DNA of 63,961 nt, filler included, from Octopus bimaculoides (lineage: Eukaryota): NCBI RefSeq assembly GCF_001194135.2. It is 9 parts of 8 records of this genome, joined end to end, with 100 filler letters (N's around TTAATTAATTAA, not from the genome) between each part and the next. Parts side by side here need not be neighbours in the genome. Positions count along the whole stretch, not along the records: positions 1 to 19,860 come from NC_068981.1; 8 more parts are not named here. The stretch is one strand, 5' to 3'. The translations under genes were made by a program, and so were the position numbers. Positions 1 to 14,745 of the stretch are shown piece by piece (position 1 is the first letter of the stretch; each line of letters opens with the position of its first letter). Below the pieces are notes generated by a model. It was given only the letters and a program-made list of their open reading frames with translations, searched no databases and was not told where the DNA came from.

Positions 1-188
1 AATAATAATAATAACATCAAAAAATACTTTAGGAATGAGAACCCACGTTCGAAATTTCCCCAAGACACCTGATGAAGGCTGGAGCGTATATCAGCCGAAA
101 CGTTGTGTTAACAACAAATAAGATTAGGACAAATATCCGTCAAATGTAAATAATGTACATAATTCCTCATCTCTTAAATATAGAACTG
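1..188 (+). mobile_element. 3' part of a tRNA-headed SINE-like repeat carrying a minimal type I hammerhead ribozyme (head lies upstream of the window)
   Basis: (AAT)n, then a body nearly identical to 20880-21051, ending CATAATTCCTCATCTCTTAAATATAGAACTG. Confidence 0.8.
64..109 (+). ncRNA. Minimal type I hammerhead ribozyme motif (Penelope-type, palindromic stem III)
   Basis: Stem I GACAC(64-68)/GTGTT(105-109); core CTGATGA(69-75) plus an extra A; stem II GGCTG/CAGCC; GAAA(97-100); C-G-T-T giving an AACGTT palindrome and a GUU triplet. Confidence 0.8.
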
Positions 189-311
189 CATTATCTTTTA
201 GGTCGTTCCGTCGTCTCAAGCTATTATATTTTCACAATCTGTTTTCCAAGACAAACACGGTATGGATGTCAAGAATTACTTGCTGTCTTTAGATAAAAAC
301 TGGCTCTTATA

Positions 312-313
<2 letters not shown>

Positions 314-376
<63 letters not shown>

Positions 377-405
377 TCTCTCTTTCTCTCTCTCTCTCTT
401 TCTCG
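314..405. repeat. (CT)n microsatellite
   Basis: Direct reading. Confidence 0.95.
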
Positions 406-438
406 CAATTACTATGGGCACTATGTAATATTAAGATA

Positions 439-1500
439 AGGCAGCGAGCAGGTAGAAATGTTAGCACGTCAGGAAAAATACTTAGCGGTGTTTCGTTCGT
501 CTTTACGTTCTGAGTTCAAATTCTGCAGCGGCCAACTTTGCCGTTCATCCTTTCGAGGTCGGTAAAACAAGTAAGTACCAGCTGAACACTGGCGTCGGTA
601 TAATCGATTTACCCGTCCCATGGAATTGCTGACCTGTGTTAAAATTTGAAACTATTATTACAATTTGCTAAAGATGACGAGCTGACAAAATTGTTAGCAG
701 GCCGAGGAAAATGCTTAGCAGCATTTCCTCCGTCTTTACGCTCTGAGTTCAAACGCCGCCGAGATCGACTTTGCCTTCCATCCTTTCGGATTCGATAAAA
801 TAAGTACCAGTTGAGTGCTGGGATCGATGTAATCGACTCACCCCCCACCCCCGAAATTGATTGCCTTGTGCCAAAATATGAAACCAACATTTCAATTAGC
901 ATTAAAGCGGTGAGCGGTCAGCAGCGTTAACACGCCTGCCAAAATGTTTAGCGACATTCGTCCGTCGTTACGTTCTGAGTTCAAATTCTGCCCAGGTCGA
1001 CTTTGCCGTTTCTCCTTTTTGGGTGGATAAAATAAGTACTAGGTGAGCGCTGGGGTCGATTTAATCAACTTATTCCTCCCCTGAAATTGCTGGCCTTGTA
1101 CCAAAATTTGAAACTAATATATAATATTAAGGTGGTGGATGACAGAGTCGGTCAAGTGATGAAGAAACCGCTTTGCGTCTTTTACCTAGGATTATTTATG
1201 TTCTGGGCTTAAATGGAGTCGTGTCGAATTTGTCTTTTATTCTGGCGAGATCGATAAAATAAAGTACCACTCATATACAGGAATGACTTTAATCGGCTAC
1301 ACACCGACCCAGTAAATTAGACATTTCTGCTCATGTTGCAAATTACTGTATAAAATTAGTTAGGCAGTGGATAGCTGGTAGAACGACGGACAAACTACTG
1401 TATGTTTTCACGCCCCCTAATATCATAAGTTCAAATCCCCTCCAGGTCAAAAACGCCCTTGATTTTTTGTTTATTAGAAAAATACAAGCATCATTCAAAT
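439..1500 (+). mobile_element. Head-to-tail cluster of about 5 copies of a tRNA-derived SINE (family A)
   Basis: Recurrent GGCGGCGAGCTGGCAGAA...GTTCTGAGTTCAAATT...GTCGACTTTGCC...CATCCTTTCGGGGTCGATAAAATAAGTACCAG...AAATTTGAAAC units starting near 439, 668, 903, 1129 and 1360; divergence increases rightwards. Confidence 0.8.
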
Positions 1501-1789
1501 ATGTTATCCTTCAAATCTTGAAGCTTTGTGTCAATGTTAAAAGCAATATACAAGATTAATTGCTATCTTTATGTTCCTCATTTATTAGGGCATAATTGTT
1601 ATCAGGGCATTATTTTTATTAAGGCATTATTGTTATTAGGGTATTATTGTTATAACAATATAAAAGAAGCACAAAGCCACAAATTAATATTGGTGCCAGG
1701 ACTTAGATTTGCTCTATTTACACCACAGAGATATGTAAATTAAAGTTCCGATCTGATATAAGCTTAAAAGATAAGATGCCGTGATTAGA

Positions 1790-2600
1790 TACAGTAAAGT
1801 ATTCAGATTGACAGTCTACTGTGAGTCACCTTGAATTATCCAATCGTTTACTTGTAGTTTGGCACCGTATCTACCTAAGGACCACCCCTTTGCTTGAGTC
1901 GCCTGCTACTGTATAATACAGTTATTTGGGTAGTCTATGCTGTCTACAAATGCACCATCCATTTAAGAACATAAAATCTAAATTATAGCGAGATTTTGTT
2001 ATCTACTACACCACACCGAGTTTGCCACAATGTTATGAATGATTTATTTTATCACTTTCTTCTGTCTCCAAAATGGAGTAACACATTCGGAACTGTTCTT
2101 TGGTCTTTAGGATTTATCAGCAAATGTCCGTGAAGGCAAATCCACTAGATATCATTCGATCTTCGTAATGTACCGTAAAGTAATCAACGAGTCAATTCTC
2201 AACGTAATTGCCAATCTCCCTTGTGACTCTTGTATCCCATATATATTGCAGCAGCAGCTTATCGACAAGGTGCACGGAGCATCAATTCGGCCTGATTTCT
2301 CACCTCTCATTAGTTTTGAATACCAGATACATGTTTCTGTATACTCTGCTTCTGTCAACAGAGCATACGCCATGATATTAACCGTGCGGGGATTCTTTTA
2401 ACTGCTCCTTTGAAGTTATAACATAGCATCCTTTGACCTTTGTCAAGATGAGGTATACCACTTCAATACTTACTCGCTCTTAGGTAAATACATCAGACAA
2501 TGAATCACACTCCTGTGTAACACCGCTACTACGCCTCTTTCTTTAACTGGATTCCATCCATGTCTCAAACCTCTCTCTGGTTCATGATGCTAACAATAAG
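1790..2600 (-). pseudogene. Highly decayed LINE apurinic endonuclease-like fragment
   Basis: Minus-strand peptides ERGVVAVLH, CNIYGIQES and IIQGDS resemble APE endonuclease motifs; many stops. Confidence 0.3.
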
Positions 2601-3040
2601 ATTGCTGTTAGAACGTGTTAATACCGAATAACTTTGCAGTGTAGTTGTAGTTGCAGTTGTTGCTTGTACTTCCGCTTTTGTCGTACAAATTTGTGTTTCC
2701 GGATGTTAAATTGTGACACTGTGTTTGCGAGTGAGTCCCTTTCATTAATTTTAATTTTTATTTAATCTTGTAATTCTTTTCATCAGTTTCGTATTCGTGT
2801 TTTCGAAAATTATTTCATATTTTACTTAATTTCTTGTTAATATCTCAAACAGAGGAAATTTTTAAAATTCTAGAAGAGAAACATTTTGTCTGCCCTAGGT
2901 GATTGGATAGAATTCTAAATGTTCCCAATTCCCCTATCGGTAAAATTGTCCAAAACAGAAACATCCTCTACCAGTAAAATTTGTCAGTCATCATGTTTTG
3001 CCGAAGGTATCTAGAGAGATATCTGTACGCTTTAACACAA

Positions 3041-3720
<680 letters not shown>

Positions 3721-3863
3721 TCTACCGGACTCTTTATTCCGATTTGCTTTATGTTTTTCTTGATGTCTTTTGATACTATCTCCAAGAACCCAACAATAAT
3801 TGGCACATCATCATCATCATCATCATTGTTATTATCATTATCATTGTCATTTTATCTTTATTA

Positions 3864-3907
<44 letters not shown>

Positions 3908-3941
3908 GTTATTGTTATTATTATTGTTATTGTTATTATTA

Positions 3942-4150
3942 AGGTGGCGTGCTGGCAAAATCGTTAGCACGCCGAGCAAAATGCTCAGTGGCATTTCGTT
4001 CATCTTTATGTTCTGAGTTGAAATTCCGCGTAGGTTAACTTTGCTTTTCCTCCTTTTGAGTTCGATAAATTAAGTACCAGTGAAACACTGGGCAGTTGTT
4101 ATAATAAACTAGTCTCCTCCCCTAAATTTCCAGCCTTGTGGCTTTATTAG
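3942..4150 (+). mobile_element. tRNA-derived SINE family A
   Basis: GGTGGCGTGCTGGCAAAATCGTTAGCACGCCG head and the shared central block. Confidence 0.8.
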
Positions 4151-4169
4151 GAAGAATTACTATTATTAT

Positions 4170-6160
4170 TATCGATTACTCAGTATTTCGTCGTTGTTCA
4201 GCCGTTACTGGATTATTAATCAAGTTGCATCCCATAATCTTTGTTATCTAGCATCCTTCTTCGAGTGCTTTCTGTGTCAAACAAAGAGCCTTTCTGTAGA
4301 GTCAGGAAATTCACCTTCACATCCAACATTCTCAACCAATCATTTCAACTTCTCGCAACTGTTCTCAAGATTCTTGTAAAATTGGGATAACAACTTTACA
4401 GCTATTACAGATTGTCTTTAAGTTCATATTTTAGCCCTTGGTATTTTCTTATTTTGCGTATATGGCTTTTCTACTCTTCTTGTGTCAAATAAACAAGGAA
4501 CAACGATTAAAATACACATTCCTTTCTCTTTAGTAAATGCAACAGTATCTGAATGTGAATGCTTTGTTTGCTTACACTTTACATGGTTATTTTCAAGAAT
4601 GTGTTCTATTTTATGGCCATACTATTTGCTCAAGTCTATGTATGTTTGTAGCAAATTTATATTCATATATTACGAGACTCTCTGAGCAAGTATTTTACAT
4701 TCGGAGACTATATACACAACCGTTTCCTGTCTTTCACCACACATTTCATATTTAGCTAAGATGTCTTCCTTGTGTATATTTTTCGTAAATCTTTTTGTTG
4801 TAATTGCTTGATCCCTCGAAGCTAAGCTCAAGCCTCCTGCCTCTTTTTTTTTAATACTCTCTTTATCAATCGAAGTGATTTCTGATAATGATAAATTTCA
4901 GTACTTAGGAGAAGCTTCCCGCTTAAATTTTTCTGTTCGTATCGTTGCTTTCTAGCTCCGAGAAACTCACGTTTTCTCTTACTTTAGCTGACACATCATA
5001 CCTTCTTGTTGATATCCAAAGCACTCTTCACTGTCAGCGACAGCTTTCTTTACTTATCAGTCCTCTTACTCTATCCTTTTTGTTGAATTACATTCTGTCG
5101 ATATCTGCTTGTCGTTGTAAGGCTCTGTAAATTCTCAACAATCTTTTTGATTTTTATTTCTCTTCCTTAACCAATCTGATTATTCCCGTACTGAACACGA
5201 TGATAGATATACCGCTCTTGAGTTTATGGCTGCGATGATATTTTCATAACTGAGTTGGATTTGATATTTCTTTACTTTTCTGATACATACTCTACCGACT
5301 TTGTCTTCCTTTGTTCTATCCTTCCAAGATTATAGCCATCATCTGCATCGATGACCCGTATGTTTTCATCGTTCGAGTGATTTCTTTCGTCACTTTTATG
5401 ATATTTCATTTTTTTTTTCTTCTTCACAAGGCTTCCACATCTGGAAATACCAAATTCCATTCTGGTGTCATTGCTAAACACTTTCACAGTACTGACTGTG
5501 GAACCAATTCTTCTTCACTTTTGCCATATATCTTTAGGTCATCCATAAATAGCAAATGGTTAAAGATCCCCTGGTGTTTTCTTAGGCTACACCCAGCTTT
5601 TTCTTTTATCAGTTCTGGGGAGAGTGGAATAAGAGCAATGGCAAACAATAAAGGTTATAAGCAATCCTCTTGCAAGTTTCCTCAATCCCTGTTGACGTCC
5701 CAAGAAAATACCTCAATCTATGCTGATTTAGGTCGAGTTATCCTCCTGCCGTTATTTCTTCTTCCAACTTCTTATGCTTACAAGTATTACTTCAGAGATG
5801 CTGTTTGCAATCTTGAGCACTTTTAGTATCATCAAAATCCAAGAGATGGGATCCATGTCACATGCTTTTATGCAGTTGATCAACCCTATTGTTAAACCGG
5901 TCCGTCTTTTTTTTTTTTTTTTGCAATTTCTTATAATCATCTCATCTTATGTCCCTCTTGAATTTATCTGACATATTGTTTGTTCATTAAGGAATAGGTT
6001 GTATAGCTCTCTGTATGCATAAATCTTATTCGCAGCATACTTATTAGTAGTTTCCATATTAGTGGAAAACAAGTTATCGATTTGTAGCTTGAGACCTTAG
6101 CTACTTTGTGTCCGTCTTTCACTACAGGTATTGCTTTACTTATGGTAAATTTGGTATACT
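4170..6160 (-). pseudogene. Decayed R4/Dong-like RLE non-LTR retrotransposon (RT, RLE, C-terminus)
   Basis: Minus-strand peptides SSYKSITCFPLIWKLL, INCIKACDMDPISWI, NHLLFMDDLKIYGKSEEE, VFSNDTRMEFGISRCG, KEKGMCILI and LQKGSLFDTESTRRRMLD; frameshifted; ends in an AAT-rich tail. Confidence 0.8.
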
Positions 6161-6599
6161 TTCACTTTAGGTCATCCATAGCAGAGATACCAGCCAAGGC
6201 TAAAGAAGCCATCCTCCTCATATAACAGGCACATCTTCACCAAGGGCTAACCAGGTACGTTATGATTTCGTTATAATTATCACTATTAAGTGTTTATCTT
6301 TCCCCTTTGGGTTCTGTCTGGTCCCCAACTTCCTACATGGATCGGGTGGTACTATCATGAGAGCTACTTCCTGGTCGGTTGATATTTGCTGATGTTATTT
6401 TGAGTGATTCATTGTTTACAACGAATGTGGTTCCGTTAGGAGGGTTTGGGCCCTTTTCGTTAGTTTCTGGCAATGTAAAAGGATCAATTTTTTACGATTC
6501 TAGCGCTGCTCCCAGTGCTACCCTGTGTCCATCAACCTCCATAATTTGTTTTTGCTGTTGTTTTTTACCTTTCAGGATTTCAGGGTGCAAAGCTTTTGA

Positions 6600-6960
6600 A
6601 TACTTTTTATAATCAAATGCTGAGTTTTAACACTTTCCTCTCCCCACCCTCTACAGGACACAACTCTGGTATTGTTTTGTGGAATTTCCGGGTGAATGTA
6701 GATCCATTGTGACTCCGCACAACCGCATATTGATTAAAGCTACTTCGCCGTAAACCACCTGCCCATACAGTGCCACGAAAGGGACTGTACATCAGGAGCC
6801 GATGTGATCACCGATGTCCTGACGGTTACCTTTGAAGTTCTCTTCCCAAATACTGCGAGGCTAGTGTGTGGACATTTGTCACATAGATCTTGAGCTTGCT
6901 CTTCGCACCATTCATTGTCTTAAAGATGAGAGATATTGTATCAAACGACCTTTTCCCAAT
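6600..6960 (-). pseudogene. Decayed N-terminal APE endonuclease fragment, RTE-like
   Basis: LKIYVTNVHTLASQYLGRELQR resembles the LxIxTxNVRTL...RELxR start of RTE endonucleases. Confidence 0.35.
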
Positions 6961-9402
6961 TGAAGAGATTTCACTAAAGTATCTGCTAGGGCTATCTTTA
7001 CTCTTCCTTGGATGGTATAAGGAAAGACCTAGTGACCTTAGCGAAGCACAGGCAAGATATACACCTTATCTTCAAAACACCTGTGATGATTTGGGTAGGG
7101 TGGTGACTGTCTTGCAGACAAAAAAATTGCGTCGCTTTAGTTCTTTCAGCAAAATATTCCAAATTAATGTATTTATCGTTCGAAGAAGCATTTGCAAGAG
7201 ATAGTGTTTTGTTAATGTTATTTTTTGTTTGATATACAATAGTTCTACTGTTCATGCTGTTGTTGCTGCTGCTACTGCAGCTATTGTTGTTGTTCTTGTT
7301 GTTGCTACTGCTGCTGCTGCTGTTGTCGCTGTTGTCAAACATGCCAGCAAGGCTATGTTTTTTTTGTTTTTTTTGTTAGTATATTATTTCTTTCATTTTC
7401 TAATTGTATATTTAATTGTATATTAATTGCGTAATTGTTTTGCTATATTCAATATATTTTTTGTCTGAGGTATATTCGGAAAAAAAGCCAGTTTTGCTTG
7501 AACATGAAACGGCAAAATAAAATTTTAATATTTGAAAAGCCTAATTTTATTTTCTGACTATTGTAAGTGTAGACTTTCTAAATTGTTCAATAACTGTCTC
7601 CAACTGAAAACTAAGTTCTTAATTGAAAGCTCCAAAAAGAGTCTACTAGGAATAATGATGTGAGCCCATCTCTTGTCAGGCGGAACTAACTTCCTTCCTA
7701 AATGAAATTAAATTACCAACCCTTCGGAAGATTAATAAAGATCTAATAAGACACTTATGCGAAATGCATCAGTAATTTCCAGACTAAGGTCGAATTGGGA
7801 GGAAAATGGGCTCCTATTTAAAACAGCATGTCAAATGTTAGAGAAAAGTTTTGACAGACATTAAGAAGTATTATATGTCAACGATGCATAGGACGGGGTT
7901 TCTTTTTTGCCAGTGTAACCCACAAGCTCCTTTTGTGGCATTTTGAAATCACCAGGTATGAACAATTTTACTGCAGAAGTAGAAGTAGAGAGGGTGCCTA
8001 ATCGAGAGCGTAGGGTATCGTCATTCGCAAATGGAAAATATAGTATCGTTTTTTAGTATTTTGAAAGGTGTAGTTCTGTTGTTTTGGGGGAGAGAATTAT
8101 CTCCCATGTCGCTTTCTGTTGGTCCCTAGCATACACTCATACGCACTCACCTACATACATATAAATGAAGTGAAGAAGAGAAGGCAAGAGAGGGGAGAGA
8201 GAAAGGAAGAGATATGAAGAGACAAGTGGTGGTTAAATTATGGAAGTTTTCCGAAATTCCAGACGTGTGCGGTGAAAGATTTTTAGGGTAGAAACCCAAG
8301 AAAAAGAGAAAAATGAAAAATACTAAAATTATATTAGAAAATATAAACCTATAAAACCTATGTTCGGAGAAAAGTTATGTAAAAAGTTTACTCACGAAAG
8401 ATAATATCTCATCACTAAATGAAAATGAGATGAATTTATGTGATTAATATCATATGTTGAGGTTGAAGACTCATGCAAGAACTCTACAGCATGCCCACCG
8501 TAAGAATCAAATACAACTGAGACCACCACATCAAGGACAGAGGTCAAACCTACGGATGCAGACCAGAAGGCCAATTTCACCGAAGGAAGATTCACGCAAT
8601 GACAATCACGTCACGCTACTCAGAACCATCGATAAACGGGATAATACAAATCTCATTAACTATATCCGGTAATTAAAATAAAATGGTACAGCATTTAATA
8701 TCAGGGTGAGAGAACGCCGAAAAACCGAAACCTTATAGGAATGCTCCCAAGAGACGCAAGTCCTTCACAGGACAAAAGTGCATAATTCTAAAGAACTTGC
8801 GGGAACCAAAGGTATTTAAGCTCTGCGCACACGAAAGAAAATTCATAATTAGACACAGGAAACACCTCCTTAGCTAAGGTTTAATTGTTTTATTTGTAGA
8901 CAACTTACCTAATTAACATGAATTTTGAAAGTCTATATTTGTTTATATAAATTTGGTATTCACCTCCATCTTTTCTCTTCCATTTCATTTCATCCTCGTT
9001 GCCCTCTCTGTCACCTTCTCTCTCCTCCCACTCTCACGGTCTCTCTCCTCTCCCTAACCCAGTATGCATGTATGTAAGCGCCTATGTGCATGTTTGTGTA
9101 TCGCAAACGCTCAGAAGTTGACAAGGGAGGTAACTCCCCAAAATAACAGAGGTGAGTATGGTTTGAACGGGGCAGCCATATAAGTTATTTCTGAAAAGCT
9201 CGGACCCGGGTTAAGACAGTTTACGCAGTCTGCTAAGGTCGAAATATTTTCCATTTTTAACTTGAAACTCATAGTTCCGTTTTATAACTTGCAAATTTCA
9301 TATATTGTTGAACCAATAATTTCGCTTCTATATCCCAGTATACCAGAATCCTCTTTATTTTTACTTTGAAACCCAAGATCACTATATACATACATATAAG
9401 TA

Positions 9403-9404
<2 letters not shown>

Positions 9405-9459
<55 letters not shown>

Positions 9460-9485
9460 GTGTGTGCGTGTGTGTGTGTGTGTGT
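9405..9485. repeat. (GT)n microsatellite
   Basis: Direct reading. Confidence 0.95.
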
Positions 9486-10161
9486 TTATACATCATACAT
9501 ACATATAAGCATATATGTACGTGTATGTATGAATACATACGTGGCGGCGGAGTCGCCAATTTGTAATGGTCTTGTACTGCGGATAAATGCATCAAATAAA
9601 TGAAATGAACAAAATTACTTGCTTTTATTTATACGATAACTATGGTCATTACAATATATAAGATACAACTTTCTTTGAGTTGTTAGTGCACATAGCTTGT
9701 TTGTAGTCCTCGAGTCAACTGTGCAGATAGTAAATTCATTTGTGACTACTAAAGAGATAGAAAGAGTAAGAAAGTCTAGTAAAGTAAAGAGAGTGATAGA
9801 TTTGTTTTCGCGCGTTGGTTAGCATAGTGAGAAAGATTCCCCTCTGATCAAAGACCGGTCGACGCAAAGAGAAAGAAAGCAATTTGGCTTTACGTATTTA
9901 TATTTTTCGCGGCTAAATTAGGTCAAGCTAAATAAAGGATTTCTTCTCCGTATCAGTTTTGACCCATGTCTGGCTCGTGAAATATCAAGAAGTCAGTTTA
10001 TTTTCATACATTTCCTAGTGTAACAGTCTAGAAAAATAGGCTGAGGACTTGTAAGTAGTTGTGGATTCGGTTTTTAATCCTGACTTATAAATTTGGTATC
10101 TGTTCGCTACTCACATGCGCGCACACACTCACACATACATAGTATATAAATATATATATAC

Positions 10162-10192
<31 letters not shown>

Positions 10193-12552
10193 TGTATGTA
10201 TATATGTATGCTAATTGCTGATAACATAAAATGTTTTCATTCGAGTCTGTATGGCAAGCGTTATATGGTACCAATAAACTATCGGTGAAACTGATTGAAT
10301 GGTTCGTGTGACATTTCACTGCTACAGACACAGTAAAGGCACTTGGCTCTAAATAATCAGGTCAAATTAGTTATAAGTGAGTATCATAATTCGGTATACG
10401 TTTCCACTGGATTTAGCGTGAGGAGTACTCTATAGTATAGGGTCGCTTCATTTAATTTTACAGTGAGAATCAAATCTATCTAGCAACCGAGAGAAGACAA
10501 TGTGTGGTAGCCCTTGTTTGTTATGCAATGGATACATCTTTTCGAAAACATTGAAACAATCTTATTGTCACTTTTGATTGAACATAATGTTCCAAATTTA
10601 AGTATTTGAGGAAGCGATATTTGGTGATAAACTCTTTGAAAGCTATTGGTTACAGAAATGATTTAGAGAATTCACTGCAACAGCGAACTGAAACAGTATC
10701 TCTATTTCTATTCCCGGTACGACTTGACATAATCAAATATATATTTGTAAATCAAAATCTTTATACTTATATATTTACACATATAGTGCGACCTACATTA
10801 TTTAGTGTATCCCTATCGGATGTGAGCTGATGGAAATTTATCTGCTATTTCAAGCTGGTTAAATACCCAGGTAGAGGTTCTTTTGTTTGCTCTATATAGA
10901 TTTGCTAACTTGCATGGTGAAATATCTGGAATGTTTTTCTGGAATTCTGCTTACAATATCAATAACATTTACAAGTAGCATTCTCAATAAGTGCAATAAA
11001 ATCAAAATTGCGAAGGAAAAAGCAAAATTTTCAATCTTTTTATCACTACTAAAATCAGTGAGATGACAAACATTTCAATCCCCAGATGATACAAACATCT
11101 TAGTATTATAAAATATGATCAAACGAGCCTGCATGTGTTGTTACATATATCCAGAACGTACTGTACCAGTCATTTTTTTTTCTGTGGGATTTCAAACAGA
11201 CAAGGGCAAATATACATTACAAAAAATCCGTTGAACAACGTCGTTCTCAGAGTACGAACTTAAATCTCATAAACTGAATAGTTTCTCATCCATTTGATCA
11301 TTGTGACTAAGCCTGTATTTAAATGGTTTAAAGATTAAAAAGGAAAAAGAAAAAGTAGCAGGAAAACAAATGCTAACTATCTTTATATCACTAAGTGAGC
11401 CACCGAACTGACATTTTCCACTTCTAAGTAATTAGAATGAGTAGAGCCAAGCCACACACTATTCAGTGTGTGCGTATGTGTGTGTTTGGCTGTGTATGGG
11501 GATGAGTGTGTGCGAATATTCGTATGTATAGGAATATATACAGAAGTAGCGTGTGTGTATGTGTGATCGTGCGTGCGGGTGTGAACGTGTGTGTTGTTCT
11601 ATGAAAGCACAGAAATTATCATGTCACCTTACCAACAACGTGACATTTCGACTTCGGCAAGTGAACTCCAGCCAACCAATGTGTTACTCAACCCTGTGAT
11701 CTTTTCTGAAATATATTTACCAGTTGCTCCGACCTATACATGTGTTGTTTTTATCAACATTTATTATTTCTACTGGGTTTTTGTCTCTGCCTTTATTGTT
11801 CCGATATATGAGATTATTAGAAAATAGCACTCAATTTTGTTTGGAGAGATGGTGTGAGGACATACTGGGAGGTGTTTGGTGTTGTTCAGCACGGTTAATA
11901 TATATTCAGCAGTTGTTGTTGAACAAAAAATAAATCTCCACAAATTAACATTGCAACGCGGTTTCGCTTCCTACTCAAACTAGTTCGTTTTCAATTACGA
12001 TCTGTATATCTATTGTAGCGTTCAATGAGGTCCGGCCAAAACCCGACTAGGACAAAAGCCCCTCGGCCAAAAGACCCCTAGGACAATAACCTCCTTGCAT
12101 AAAAACCCACGCTTATATTTTTAGGTTATTTTTTCGTTTTTAGAATTTTTAGTTGAATGTATCGACCCCAGAATTTTCCTTTATTTGTTGCAGTTATTAG
12201 ACTGCCGCCGACCATGCTGGGGCACTCACTTGAAGAATTTTTAGCTGGCTGTATGGAACCCAGAATTTTTTTAAGCTTGATCAAAACCACTTCTGTGATA
12301 TAATTCATTTTTCTTTTCCGTTCTATTTGTTGCTAGCGTTAGAGTGCGGCCATGCTGGGGCACCACCTTGAGAAATTTTTAGTCGATTGTATCAACCCCA
12401 GAAATTTTTTAGATGATTTTCAACCAGCGCATGAAGTTAAGCCTAGAAGGTCTCTAGACATGCTAGAAATGACATAATGTCAAAGTAAGATTTGTGCTAA
12501 CTATACGCATACATACATACATACATACATAAGTGCATACATTCGTACATAC

Positions 12553-12766
12553 ATGAGTGGGTGCTGAAACTTCCTGGCTTTAAGGGTGTCGCGAAAAGCC
12601 TGTCTGGAGGCTCAACCTTCCAAGTTCTTTTATTGAGCAAAAGGACTGCTGCAATAAGTGTGTGAATCTAAGAGGGAAATATGTCGAATGAAATCATAAT
12701 TAACTGATCCTCCTGTATTTTCTTTTACCCTAAGCCAAAAACTTTTCAGCACTCTTCCCTCTCATA
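12553..12766 (+). mobile_element. Mariner-derived MITE
   Basis: Inverted termini TGAGTGGGTGCTGAAAC-TTCCTGGCTT and AAGCCAAAAACTTTTCAGCACTC...CTCATA; an internal remnant resembles the mariner C-terminal coding end. Confidence 0.6.
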
Positions 12767-12904
12767 TATAAACACATATATACATATATATTCATACATA
12801 TATACATATAACGCGCGCGCGCGTATTAATTTTGCATTTATGGTCAGTTATAATAAAAACAAATTTACATTAATCTGGAGGATTACTCCTTACTTTTAAA
12901 GAGT

Positions 12905-13090
12905 ACAAATTTATTATTCTTTAACAAGAATAGTACTGACACTTACTTCGAAGTTTCGGCCAGCTGTAACAAGAATACATTGTTAATGACTTCGAAGTTT
13001 CTGCTAGCTAAGCCATCATCTGATGTACATGAAACTCCAAAATACGTGTCTTGAGTGGAGGGGACTAGATTTAGACCAGGAGTTAATAAA
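12905..13090 (-). mobile_element. Penelope-like 3' remnant with tandem decayed hammerhead motifs
   Basis: TPGLN peptide; CAGATGA-TGGC...GCA-GAAACTTCGAAGTC, then a second GCCGAAACTTCGAAGTA 44 bp downstream; AT-rich end. Confidence 0.45.
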
Positions 13091-14299
13091 ATCTTTTATC
13101 CTTTACTTATTGCAGTCATACGACCTTCCTCATACTAGGGCCTTACTATCAAGGGTTTAGTCAAACAGGTTCTGTACCTGTTCAGCAAAGTCTCTAACTA
13201 AAGTTTATTTCTAAGATGACCTAGCTACACAGGGCATATACAAGTGCGGGACTTCCATAGAACATTGTATCTTTATTCCCCTCAATTCTGTCTCGTAAAT
13301 TGCCTCTGAATTAGTTTCTGATACCACGTGGATATTCAAAACGTTGTTTCTAACAATATTTTTGCTCCAGGCGGAGCGACTGCTATCTAAGACATATCAT
13401 TAGTCAACGATAACCAATCCAAACAGGCTGGTGTAGTCACCACCACATCCTGGTCCGGTTGGATTTTTAAAACTTTTTGTCTTTAGTTTTCTTTTGCTTT
13501 TAACTTTTATCTTTTATTTGTTTCAGTCACTGGAATGCGGTCATGCTGAGGCACCACCTTTTGAAGATCCTCACTCGAACGAATCAACTTACTATTTTTA
13601 AAGCCTAGTACTTATTCTATCGGTTCATTTGCCGAAACGCTAAGTTTCAGAGTCGTATACAAACCAGCGTGTATGTATGCATGTGTGTTTGCATGGATAG
13701 ATAAACAGATAGATAGATCATAAAGTCAAGAGGTAGAAGGGGTGAATTCCTGATGATCACAACCGTTTCGTACTCTTCTTTATATGGTATTAATTTCAAT
13801 ATGCTAAATTATACTTAAATGTTTACATCAATATGCATGCGCGGTGTTACACAATCAAGTGATACAAGGGGATATTTTCATACAAAGACAAGGAGAATGA
13901 AGGTTGAAATTTGCTAAGCACCAAACTGTATCACCCGCATATCTGGATAAGTTTCCATACTGCTATTTACATTATATTTCCTATTGGCATGGTCTGTATA
14001 AAACCTAGGTTGATGTGTTTTGCATAGTTTTATGTTCTTTGTAGTTTATGGTAATGTGTTATGGAGATATTAGGGTTTAGATAGGGCTTGCATAATTTCT
14101 GAATGATATCATGTACTGTTGTTTCTTTATGTTGGCCAGATGCGATAGATATGATTGCTGTATGTTTTATCCACCACAACATCGAGTCTATATTGTAGTA
14201 TGGTAAATTGTGTGTTTTAATGACCTGAGAACTGTCTAGCGGAGAGCAAGTTCTTAGTAGAGATTCCATGCTGAACAGGTCAAAGAATAGAAGCAATGG

Positions 14300-14465
14300 C
14301 AGAGAAGCATCAGTGGTTGTGTGGTAAGAAGCTTGCTTCCCAACCAGATGGTTCCGGGTTCAATCCCACTGCGTGGCACCTTGCGCAAGTGTCTTCTACT
14401 ATAGCCTCGAGCTGACCAAAGCCTTGTGAGTGGATTTGGTAGGCAGAAACTGAAAGCAGCCTGTC

Positions 14466-14529
<64 letters not shown>

Positions 14530-14745
14530 TTATGTGCGTGTGTCTTAGTGTCCGTGTCTGACCCCCACCAATGCTTGAAAACCAGTGCTGGTGTATTTGT
14601 GTCCCCGTAACTTAGCGACAAAAGAGGCCGATGGAATAAGTATCAGCCTTAAAAAGACAAGTACTGGGGTCGATTCATTCGACTAAAAATTTTTCAAGGC
14701 AGTACCCAGCATGGCTGCAGTCTAATGACTGAACCAAGGAAAAAA
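14300..14745 (+). mobile_element. tRNA-derived SINE family B (CCTTGGGCAAGT CORE-like motif, internal (TA)n)
   Basis: GTGTGGTAAGAAGCTTGCTTCCCAACC head; tail CAGCATGGCTGCAGTC-AATGACTGAA; many copies in the window. Confidence 0.85.
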
